A DNA stretch of 54,636 nt, taken from Octopus bimaculoides (Eukaryota). Both the position numbers and the translations under genes were made by a program. The stretch is taken from assembly GCF_001194135.2 (NCBI RefSeq), contig NC_069005.1, positions 14,049,179 to 14,103,814 on the forward strand. Direction: 5' to 3'. Shown one piece after another: positions 1-10,424 of this stretch. The notes under the pieces were generated by a model, which searched no databases, was not told the origin of the DNA, and worked only from the letters and a program-made list of their open reading frames with translations. Every line of letters begins with the position of its first letter. Position 1 is the first letter of the stretch.

Positions 1-114
1 AGCAAAAGTGGACTCGTATATGCTAGAAATAGATGCCGAATCATCTGAGAACATATTTTTTCATGGTTAGATGATTCGGCATTTATTTCTAGCATATAGG
101 AGTCCACTTTTGCT
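1..114. repeat. Long palindrome / foldback (MITE-like), possibly truncated by the window edge
   Basis: 1-46 (agcaaaagtggactcgtatatgctagaaatagatgccgaatcatct) is the reverse complement of 69-114 with 2 mismatches; 22-nt spacer. Confidence 0.85.
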
Positions 115-132
115 GGTCATTCCTCTAATTTT

Positions 133-176
<44 letters not shown>

Positions 177-693
177 GTTAATGTTTGAATGTAAAGCATT
201 ATGTATGCATTAATACATGTGTGTGTGAATGTGTATATATATGATGTTTGTATGTGTATGCATATATATCGATATATATAGATATAATATACACTCACAC
301 ACATATATAGCATACACACATACAAACACATCATCGTCTAACGTCTGCCTTCCATGCTGGCATGGGTACACACACATGCACGCGTGCACACACACACACA
401 CACACATGTACACATTGAAATAACCACAGAAGTCCATATACATTAACAAATGAAAGAAAAACGCTAAAAGGTGAGCCAAGTGAAAATTAACTCAGATCTC
501 ACCAAGGTAACAGCTTCTGATTAATCTGCAAGATGAACTTTTAACACCTGTATTTAGAGTGGCTTTTGATGTTATTAATGAAGTGTGACAACACATGTGT
601 GACAGCACATGTGTGACAACACTGTGTGTGTGTGTGATTTTTAAGCCTTATAAAGACATCAAGAAAGAAATTCTGTATGTTATGTAGAGTAAA

Positions 694-828
<135 letters not shown>

Positions 829-950
829 AGTTGGGCATTAACCAAATTTGCATTCAGATGATTCTAATTTAGCTAAGATATGGTTGACACTTTTCAGTTG
901 CACCAATATCTCAGCCACATTTTAGATCCAAAAAAAGTAAATAATAATAG

Positions 951-1305
951 GTGCAGGCATGGCTGTGTGTTAAGAAGCTTGCTTCCCAACCACATGGTTC
1001 CGGGTTCAGTCCCACTGCATGGTACCTTCTACTACAGCCTCAGGCTGACCAAAGCCTTGTTAGTGGATTAGTAGAAAGAAACTGAAAGAAGCCCATCATA
1101 TGTGTGTGTCTGTGTGTATTTGCTTGTGTCTGTCCCTCACCACTTGACAGCTGGTATTAGAGTGTATATGTCCCTGTAACTTAGTGGTTCAGCAAAATAG
1201 ACCAACAGAATAAGTACTAGGCCTTAAAAAAAAATAAGCACTAAAAATTCTTCAAGGTGGTGCCCCAGCATGGCCACAGTGTATTTACTGAAACAAGTAA
1301 ATGAT
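951..1305 (+). mobile_element. tRNA-derived SINE, family A (representative full copy; roughly 30 or more copies or fragments in the window on both strands)
   Basis: Head with A-box-like tggctgtgtg and B-box-like ggttcagtcc, conserved gaccaaagccttgtgagtggatttggtagac..aactgaaagaagccc block, internal (TG)n, and a body ending gccccagcatggccacagt..actgaaacaagtaaa. The same sequence recurs near 6931, 7521(-), 9155, 11345, 17925(-), 20590, 30604, 33189, 33404(-), 41285, 44645, 46185 and 54430. Resembles published octopus tRNA-derived SINEs (OK/OR type) from memory; exact family not assigned. Confidence 0.85.
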
Positions 1306-1311
1306 AAAATA

Positions 1312-3040
1312 ATAATAATAATCCTTTCTACTAAAGGCATAAGGCCTGAAATTTAGTGGGAGGGGACTAGTCGATTACATTGACCCCCCCAGTGTTTCAC
1401 TGGTACTTATTTCATTGACCCCGAAAGGATGAAAGGCAAAGCCGACCTCAGCAGAACTTGAACTCCGAGTGTAGTGGCAGACGAAATACCACAAAGCATT
1501 TTGCCTGGCGTGCTAATGCTTCTACCAACTCACAACCTTAAATAATAATAACAACAACAACAACAATAATCCTTCTTTCATGATGAACCCTTTCTACTAT
1601 AAGTACAAAACCTGAAACTTTTACGGGAGGGAACTAGTTGATTACATTGACACCAGTAGTACTTAATTTTACTGGTACTTAATTTATTGACCATGAAAGG
1701 ATGAAAGGTAATGTTGACCTCAGAGGAATTTAAGCTCAGAATGATAGACAAAATGCTGCAAAGCATTTTGCCCATCGTGCTAACGAATCTGCCAGCTCAC
1801 CACCTTAATATAATAATAATCCTTTCTATTAAAGACACAAAGCCTGAAAGTTTGGTGGATTACATCAACCCCAGTACTCCACTGGTACTTAATTTATCGA
1901 CCACAAAAGGATGAAAGGCAAAGTCGACCTCGGTGGAATTTGAGCTCAGAATGTGAAGATGGACGAAATGCCACTCCGTATTTTGCCTGGCATGCTAGCA
2001 ATTCTGCCAGCTGGCTGCCTTTTCAGTAATGATAATAATAAATGTTTCTAATATGGACACAGGGCCTGAAATTTTGGGAAAGGGGATAAATCGATTACAT
2101 TGACCCCAGTATTAAACTGGTTATTTCATTGACCCCCAAAAAGGACGAAAGGTAAAGTCAACCTCAGCAGAATGTAAAAATGGACGAAATGCCACTAAGC
2201 ACTTTGTCTAGTGGGCTAATGATTCTGCCAGCTCCCTGCCTTGATTTCAAATTTTGGTTCAGAGCCAGCAATTTTGGGGGGTGGGATGCAGGGGTAAAGT
2301 CAATTATATTGACCTCAGTATTCAGCTGGTACTTACTTTTATAGACCTCAAATGAATGAAAGACAAAGTTGACTTCTGCAGAATTTGAACATGGATGAAA
2401 TGCTGCTAAGTATTTGGTCTGGTGTGCTAATGGTTCTGCCAGCTCACCACCTTAATAATCCTTTCTACTTTAGGCACAGACCTGAAAATTTGGGGGCGAA
2501 GGCTAGTCAATTATATTGACCCCAGTGCTTGACTGGTACTTAATTTAACAACCCTGAAACGATAAGAGGTAACATCAACTTTGGAGGAATTTGAACCTTG
2601 GAGATGGATTAAATGTTGCTAAGCAACTTGCCCAGCTTGCTGCTTTAATGATCCTTTCTACTCTAGGCAGAAGGCCTGAATATTTGGAGACAGGGGCTAG
2701 TCAATTACATTGACTCCAGCATTCAACTAGTACTTATTTTATCAACTGTGGAAAAGTTGACCTCAGTGGAGTTTGAACTCAGTATCTACAACTGAAAGAA
2801 ATGCCACTAGTATTTTATTCAGTATGCTAATGATCCTGCCAGCTTGCAACCTTAATAATAATAATAGTCCTTTCTACTAAAAGCACAAGGAGAAACTTGC
2901 AGGGAGGGCACTAGTTGATTACATTGACTCCAGTATTTCACTGGTACTTAGGTTATCAACCTTGAAAGGATCAAAGGCAAAGCTGACCTCAGCAGAAATT
3001 GAAATCAGAATGTGAAGACGGACAAAATACTGCAAAGTTA
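1312..3040 (-). mobile_element. Head-to-tail cluster of about 8 copies of tRNA-derived SINE family B
   Basis: Units of about 210-230 bp starting near 1312, 1580, 1810, 2030, 2243, 2454, 2647 and 2854. Each carries the block ctggtactta..tcgacccc.aaaggatgaaaggcaaagt.gacctc.gcagaatttgaactcagaa and an (AAT)n tail. Confidence 0.85.
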
Positions 3041-3109
3041 CAATTAATTCAGAAACATAATTAAATTCATATAGGTACCAGCATAAAAGAGGAAAACCTA
3101 CCACAAAGT

Positions 3110-3330
3110 CCAGCCCTTGTGGTATGGTGGCTTCTGTGCCTGATGACCCAGAGAGCTATGCTAGCTGAGTGCAGCCGCCTGGTAGGTCCTCCCATGCTGG
3201 ACAGGTCAAAGGATAGAGGCCAGACTAAAATGGACCACCTCTTCCCAGAGGTAAAAATGAGTTTGCATAGAGCCAATGCTCCAACCTAGAAAAAAGCGAA
3301 GTTACAGAAGCCTTGATAACAATTCATAAC
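3110..3330 (+). mobile_element. RTE-type LINE 5' UTR-like fragment
   Basis: ggtggcttctgtgcctgatgacccagagagctatgct..cctggtaggtcctcccatgctggacaggtcaaaggatagaggccagactaa resembles the 5' UTR of RTE/Expander-type LINEs (recalled). A diverged second copy lies at about 10425-10860. Confidence 0.55.
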
Positions 3331-4185
3331 CAACAAGAGCTAGGAGAGGAAGGCCTTCCCTCAGGGAAACATAACCTGCAAGGGAGGCGGAAGAGAGGAT
3401 ACATAAAAGCAGGATACTGGGGCAGAGCTCAAAAAAGAAGGGATTCAACTGGAGAGAAGCAGAAAAGACAGCCCAGATTTGAAAACAGTAGAGAAAAGAT
3501 ATCAAAGGTTTATGTTCCGTAGAAAGTTTAGAGCTTAAGAAATGAAAGTATTTCAAATTAGAAAAAGAAATAAAGATCAACAGATGGCAAAAAAGTTTTC
3601 ATAGGTCATTGTGTATATGTGTGTGTGTAAGGCAGAAATGCATCTGGTACTCTCATTGGCTGCTGATGGGATGAATTTTTGTCTTTTTCTGATATCTGTT
3701 TTTTTCACACAGCAAGTCCATAAGAGATGTTATGTCTGGATAAATACTGCAGCAACTGGCCTACCAATAGTGTACATACATTAAGTGTGACACATAGTTG
3801 ACTATTTTAATGATATACTGTTTCAATTGCATTATCAGATATACATAGAAACACACTCAAACATATATACATATGTATTTTAGATTATTAAAAACAAACT
3901 AGGCCATCTGCCTGTGAAATGAAAAATGATATAAAGTAAATTGATCTTGTTGCTTAGGATACAGATTTTGTGGTATTAAGTTGCTAAGTAATGAGTCTCC
4001 ATCTGGAGCAAATGCAAATTTATCTCAGGTAATATTCTGAGATAATTTCTTTCCTCTTTCTGGCAATCATGTTAAATGAGCAGAGAAAATGAATTGTGCT
4101 TCCCAAATAAAGAATAAAACACCTGTAATGTATTTGAACTAAACACTTATGAGCTTTTAGTCTAGATACTATGTCTGATTATTTA

Positions 4186-5047
4186 CAAGGTGATATCAAA
4201 AAGTTCCAGGACTAGTTTAATAAAAAAATAACTTATTTACCTAAGTTTTAACATCATCTCCTTTGAAATAGTTACCTTGCACAGCAATACACTGGTCCTT
4301 CCACTTTTGGAATTCAGTCTGGAAGTCGTTTTCCATGAGCAAGTTGAGGGCTTTCTGTGATACACTCTGGATCTTGACAACAGTGTTAAAATGGCAACCT
4401 TTGAGATGCATTTTCATCTTGGGGAAGAGATGGAAGTCTACAGTTGCTAAATCTGGTGAATAGGGTGGGTGCAGAAGCAATACTATATTATTGGTGAGAA
4501 ACTCATTAATGAGAAGAGCTCTGTGAAGAATCCAATTCTTCACACTCTACAGATCTGGTTGCTTTCACCAAATGTCCTCACTCAAATGTTTCAAAATGTT
4601 AGAATAGAACTCTCAGTTGATGGTTTGGCCCTGGAGAATAAATTCTCAATGCACGACACATTTGTCAGGGGTGACACTTGTCACAGGTCTTCCCTATCGC
4701 TGGTTTTCCACTTTTGAAGCACCGATGCCACACAAAACATTGTGTATGACCCATTGCCTCATCATTGTAAATTTGCTGAAACATTCTCAATGTCTCTGTA
4801 GCAGACTTCCCCAGTTTAATGCAAAATTTCATGTTGGCTCTTTGTTCCTTCATGACAAAATCGCAAACTACAGCATACATGTGATCACAAAAAGACAAAT
4901 TTCACAACTTGTGAAGTAAACACAGCAATGTCGCTTTGCACACTGCCTCATGAAGGCCACTGCTAGCTCTCACTGCGCATGCAACCATGTACTGCCATCT
5001 GTTGGCATGCTATAGAACTAGTCCGGGAACTTTTTGATACCACCTCG
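4186..5047 (-). mobile_element. Mariner (Tc1/mariner) DNA transposon, internally deleted, non-functional
   Basis: 32-bp TIRs (4186-4217 caaggtgatatcaaaaagttccaggactagtt; reverse complement at 5016-5047, 3 mismatches); TA on the left, TT on the right. Minus-strand transposase remnants: N-terminal HTH (EQRANMKFCIKLGKSATETLRMFQQIYNDEAMGHTQCFVWHRCFKSG) and C-terminal HPPYSPDLATVDFHLFPKMK. Confidence 0.93.
4241..4898 (-). pseudogene. Mariner transposase pseudogene
   Basis: ORFs 4665..4898 and 4241..4543 are joined by VVH*EFILQGQTIN*EFYSNILKHLSEDIW*KQPDL*, which has in-frame stops. The central region with the first catalytic Asp is missing and the HDNA motif is damaged. Confidence 0.88.
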
Positions 5048-5164
5048 TTTACGTTATTTCAGATCTTGCTGTTTATGTTATTTCAGATCTTACTTTTTAT
5101 CATATATAAGAAGTGATTGGCAAATAAATTATTCACTGAAAGTATAAACAAAGTCACTGGCTTG

Positions 5165-5205
5165 TTTGGCTGATGAGAAAAATATTGAAACACCATGTTC
5201 CAGAA
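5165..5205 (+). ncRNA. Type I hammerhead ribozyme (most complete unit, slightly decayed)
   Basis: Stem I TTTGG(5165-69)/CCAGA(5200-04); core CTGATGA 5170-76; stem II region 5177-86; GAAA 5187-90; stem III ACA-CCA-TGT; cleavage triplet GUU in this copy (GUC in the other three). Confidence 0.7.
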
Positions 5206-5768
5206 TGCCTTGCAATGAGCTGAATGTGTTCAGAACATACTGTCATTGTAAAAGGCAGAAGCTGTTCTGTGACAAACGCTACAGCGACCAGTATATTTCG
5301 CATCTGAACAAACAAATATGCAAATTTTCATTTTAAGTCTTGCTGTACATGGTACAAATAATGATCTTTGTTTTTGTCTGTTGGTAGATATAAGCACCAA
5401 ACAGCAAACAATTTATATGCTGAAAGTATAAACAAAGCCACTGGCTTGTTTAGATTCAAAGATCTGAGTACTTCTGACTGATGAAATACTGATGTCCCAA
5501 AATCCTTTGTACCAAAACACTTTGTGAAAAACACTTTGTCATTGTAAAAGAGAGAAGCTGTTCTGTGATATACACTACAGCAACCAGCATATTTTGAGTT
5601 CAAACCTGCCTTGACATGTTGTGAATAAATATGCAAATAATCATTTAAGATCTCGCTGTACACTGCAAATAGTGAGGTTTTTTGCTTGTTGGCAGATATA
5701 AGCAGCAACGGAAAATAATTTATTCACTGAAAGTATAAACAAAGCCTCTGGCTTAAAGGTCTGGGTAC

Positions 5769-5811
5769 TTCTAGCTGAGACACAATATATCAAAACTCTA
5801 TTGTCCTAGAA
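5769..5811 (+). ncRNA. Type I hammerhead ribozyme relic (unit 3)
   Basis: Perfect stem I TTCTAG(5769-74)/CTAGAA(5806-11) directly after GTC (5803-05). Core decayed to CTGAGA and CAAAAC. Confidence 0.6.
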
Positions 5812-6046
5812 TCCCTTGCACCAGTGAGTCAAGTGTGTTAAAAACACACTGTCATTGTAAAAGGGAGAAGCTATTCTGTGACATACACTATTGCAGTCAG
5901 CATATTTTGCATTCAAACCTGCCTTGCCATATTCATCTCAGATCTTGCTGTACACTGCAAACAATGAGTAAATACACAAATAATAATTTTTTTTTTGTCT
6001 GTTGGCATTAATAAGCATCAATCAGCAAACAATTTATTTGTTGAAA

Positions 6047-6250
6047 TCAAGATGGCGAGCTGGCAGAATTGTTAGTGCACCGGGAAAAGTTTCTTAGTGG
6101 CATTTCATCAGTCTTTACATTCTAGGTTCAAATTCTGCCAAGGCCAACTTTACCCTTCATCCTTTTGGGGTTGATAAAATAAGTACCAGTTGAACACTAG
6201 AGTTACCCTGCTCTCCTGAAATTGCTGGCCTTGTACCAATATTTGAAATC
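6047..6250 (+). mobile_element. SINE family B copy inserted in the tandem array, with TSD
   Basis: Head gatggcgagctggcagaattgttag..ggttcaaatt. Flanked by aatttatttgttgaaa (6031-6046) and aatttatttgctgaaa (6251-6266). Confidence 0.85.
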
Positions 6251-6379
6251 AATTTATTTGCTGAAAATATAAAGAAAACCACTGTTTTTTTTAGGTTCAA
6301 GGGACAAGTGCTTTTGGCTGATGAAACGCTGATGTCCCAGAATCCCTTGTGCAAATGAGCTTAATGTGTTAAGAATATA

Positions 6380-6639
6380 ATAAAAATAAATGCGCCCTTT
6401 TAAAAGCCAAGCCAGGCTCATGGGCCCGGTTTCCTGGTTTCTATGGCGTATGTGTTCCCCAGCTGGACAGGACGCCAGTCCATCGCAACATTACTCATTT
6501 TTGCCAGCTGAGTGGACTGGAGCAACGTGAAATGAAGTGTTTTGCTCAAGAACACAACAAGTTGCCCGGTCCAGGAATCGAAACCACAATTTTACGATCA
6601 CGGTGCTGACACCCTAACCACTAAGCCACGCGCCTCCAC
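6380..6639 (-). mobile_element. tRNA-derived SINE family C, young copy with 14-bp TSD
   Basis: Minus-strand head gtggaggcgcgtggcttagtggttagggtg..ggtttcgattcc (A/B boxes). Perfect TSD gtgttaagaatata at 6366-6379 and 6640-6653; CpGs intact. Related heads at about 9985-10200 (+) and 37000-37330 (-). Confidence 0.88.
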
Positions 6640-7149
6640 GTGTTAAGAATATACTGTTGTTATAATGGGCAGCATCTAACATAGTTTGTCTTCTAATCTA
6701 CCTGAACATATTAAGAATAAATCTGTAAGTATATTATTATTAAATAATGTAACAAAAAGATTCTAATGGGGCAGTCACTGGTTTGTTGCATTTCTGATTG
6801 CCAAAGTGACAAAGGAGTGTCTGCAACTCACTCAGAACAAACATCGCAAACGATTTTGTTCAAACAAACATCAGCTTTTTGGTTTTCTCAATGATGTTCA
6901 CATCCTTTACTGATATACATTAGCAAAAGAGCAGGCATGGCAGTGTAGTTAAGAAGCTTGCTTACCAATCATGTGGTCTTGAGTTCAGTCCCATTGTGCA
7001 GTACCTTGGGTAAGTGTCTTCTATTATATCCCTGAGCTGACCAAAGCCTTGTGAGTGGATTTGGTAGACAGAAATTAAAAGACGTCGGTCATATATATAT
7101 ATAAAAGACATTGGTCATGTATATATGTGTGTGTGTGTATGTATATATC

Positions 7150-7330
7150 TCCATTTCTGGTTACTTCAGCCATGTAACCACACATGAGCTTTTCTTGGAC
7201 CTTTTTCCTCCTCTCAGGACCTTTCTTCTCTCTTTCTGATGAAGATCATTGCTTGAAATGTCACACGCACCTTCTTTCTTCTGTCTTAAACTGAGTGTCA
7301 ACCTAATATATTGTCCTTTTGACTTTTGTT
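7150..7330 (+). mobile_element. Penelope-like element terminal fragment with a decayed minimal hammerhead
   Basis: ctttCTGATGAagatcattgcttGAAAtGTC (7232-7262) resembles the CTGATGA..CGAAACGTC signature of PLE repeats. Confidence 0.45.
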
Positions 7331-8118
7331 ATTTTGTTTTTATTTTTATTTTCAATTTGCCTATGTATATATATATATATATATATAGTTGCCCTTATGG
7401 CTAATACCATTAAACCAGTCTGTAACAGACTTGCTATTGCCCCAAATCCATAAATCTAATTCTCTATCTTGTTTAGGATAGAATCTAATATACTTTTGCA
7501 AGTAATTCCTATTTCCATTTTGTTTCAGCCATGCTGGGGCACCACCTTGGAGAATCTATTAGTTGAATGAATCGATCCCAGTACTTATTATTTTAAGCCT
7601 TGTACTTATTCTATCTTTTGTTAAACCATTAAGTTATGGGGATGTAAATACACCAGCACCAGTTGTCAAGCAATGGTGAGGAACAAACACAGACACAGAC
7701 ACACATATACATATGCACAATGGGTTTTTTTCAGTTTCCGTCTACCAAATCCACTTGGTCAATATGTACCAAATTGACTTTGATCAGCTCGAGGCTATAG
7801 TAGGAGACATTTGCCCAAGGTGCCATGCAGTGGAACTGAGCACAGAACCATGTGATTGGGAAGCAAGTTTCTTACTGCACAGCCACTTTTGGTTTCAAAT
7901 TTTGGCACAAGGCCAGTCATTTCAGGGGAAGGGTTAAGTTGATTATAATGACCCCAGTGCTTAACAGGTACTTATTTTATTGAACTCAAAAGGGATGAAA
8001 AGTACAGTTGACCTCAGTGGAGTTTGAACTCAGAATGCAAAGATGGCCGAACTTCTACTCAGCATTTTGCTCAGCATACTGACAATTCTTCCCGCTCACC
8101 ACCTTTATTTATACATAC

Positions 8119-8172
<54 letters not shown>

Positions 8173-8547
8173 GTATATATATACACATACTTACATACAG
8201 AGAGAGAGAGAGAGAGAAGAAGAAGAAGACAGAGAGATGTATATTATGTATGTCTGTATGTGTTTGTGTGTAAACCCTTGTCTAGACATCACATGATGTT
8301 TGTAAGTTAATGTCATCATCATACAAGTGAGGTTGTTTGTTTCCAGTCTTTGTCTTCTGTGCAAAACATGTCTAGCTATGAGAAAATATTTAGTATCATG
8401 CTTTGAAATAGGTGAGGGTTTGCAACAAGCACATCTGGGCATAGATATCTGCCTCAACAAATTCTGTTTGACCCATACAAGTAGGTCAAATAGAATTAAA
8501 TGATGATGATGATGATATATATTTATACACACACACACATGTGTATA

Positions 8548-8596
<49 letters not shown>

Positions 8597-10424
8597 GTAT
8601 ATATTGTCAGTGGAAGGTTAGAGCAGTAGTGGATTTACAGGAAGTTAAATGCCCACGGCCATTGGAGTCTGAAGAGTCATCTATAAAGCTAAATGCTTTG
8701 TGGATGTGAAACAATTGGTCAATCTACGACTGGACATATTTTTAACTTTTTAACAAGCGCTTTTACGCAGCCCCAGCACAAGAGCATTTTACATGGCACC
8801 AGCACAGGGATCTTGCAGGCCATTCCTCTTCACCAGGGGGAGCAGCATTAACACTTCCACTGTAGAGGATGGGTCTTCTTGAGTACAGCAGAGCATCAGG
8901 TATCTTGGTCCTTTGTCATCTCATTTGAAAGGTTCAGCATCCTGAGGTCTTCCAGCATCACCCTCTTCCACAAGTGCAGGCAAGACTGTGTGGTTAAGAC
9001 ATTCACTTCACAACTATATGTTGTGGGTTCAATCTCGTTGTGCAGCACCTTTGGTAAGCATCTTCTGCTATAGCTCCAGGCCAACAAAACACTCTGTGAG
9101 GGAATTTGGTGAAAGGATGAAAGACAGAAGCCCATTACATGTATATGAATGAATGACTATGTAGTCAGAAGCTTGCTTCCCAAACACATGGTTCTGGGTT
9201 CAGCACCACTGCTTGGCACCTTGGGCTAGTGTCGTCTACTATAGCCTCAGGTCAACCAAATCTATTTGGTTGACAGAAACTGAAAGACGCCTGTTGGATA
9301 TATATATATATATATGTATATATCTATGTGTGTGTCTTTATGTCTGTGTTTGTCTCCCCACTCCTCCACCACTTGACAACCGGTGTTGGTGTGTTTATGT
9401 CCCTGTAACTGCTAAGTTACAGGGACATAAACTCATAGAAACTAGGCTTAAAAAATATGTCCTGGGATTGCTCTGTTCAACTAAAGCCTTTCAAGGTGGT
9501 GCCCCAGCATGGCCACAGTCAAATGGCTGGAACAAGTAAAAGATAAAAGATGTACATGAAAAAGTGTGTGTGTGTTTCCTTGTTTTGACATCGCATGATA
9601 GTGAGATATAACCATCATCAATGTATGCTGTTTGTTTGCTATTTTCCAGATGAGAGGAAATATGTTTGTATGGATGAGTCTCTTTGTCTTGACATCACAT
9701 GACATCTGCAAGTGAGTGATACCATGTCATTCATTCCCAGTCTTCCACATAAACATATTCAAAGAACAGGAAATATTACCTTACTTGTAAACAGGTGAAG
9801 ATTGGTGACAGGAAGAGCATCCAGCCCTAAAACATCTACCCCGTCAAATATTCGTCAGGAAGGCATAGAAAATGAGTCATTAAGACAATGATGATAGTGG
9901 TGTACATTTATATATGAACAAGTCTCTACACAATTTCCATCTATCAAATTCCGCTCAGAAAATATTGTCAAGCTGAGACTGTGGTGTGGAGGAACATGGC
10001 ATAATGGTTAGAGTGACAGACTTGTGATTGCAAGATTGTCTTTTAGATTCTGGGTGATGTGTTGTGTTTGTGAGCAAAATACTTCATTTCACATTACTCC
10101 AGTCCACTCAGCTGGTAAAAATAAGTAATCCTGCGACAGAGTGGCATCCCATCCAGGGAGGAATATATACACCAGAGAAGCTGGGAAACGGGCCCTCTGC
10201 TTCTTATGGAGTAATGTGGACTAACCAACCCTAACCTGAGACTGTCCAAGGGCAGAGAACTGGAACAAATAACACCAAACATTTCACCTGATGCTCTAAT
10301 GATTTTTTCCTCTCCACTCCTAATCTAATAATATTGGTTTCCTACATGGATACAACAGGACAGATTTTGAGGATGGGTATAGTGCTGTCTACCACAAGAT
10401 CCAGTCCTTGTTGTGGTAAGGTAG

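Larger units (their letters stand above)
5050..6680 (+). repeat. Degenerate tandem repeat of about 300 bp (4 units plus a partial), each unit containing a hammerhead ribozyme motif; retrozyme-like array
   Basis: Recurrent blocks (ctgaaagtataaacaaagccactggctt; tgtcattgtaaaag..agaagctgttctgtga; gatcttgctgtacactgcaaa; tttgtctgttggcagatataagca) repeat at about 300-bp spacing. Hammerhead cores start at 5170, 5478, 5775 and 6318. Two SINEs interrupt the array. Confidence 0.85.

Noticed and set aside
951-1030. tRNA genes suggested by A/B-box motifs
   Set aside because: The heads do not complete a cloverleaf and always continue into SINE bodies.
1312-3040. CRISPR-like or satellite interpretation of the 220-bp periodicity
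   Set aside because: The units are whole SINE copies also dispersed elsewhere; eukaryotic context, no unique spacers.
5328-5708. 126-aa minus-strand ORF with a Cys/His motif (KYAGCCSVYHRTAS) recurring in each tandem unit
   Set aside because: No consistent splice sites and indel-ridden flanks; the plus-strand hammerhead explains the repeat better.
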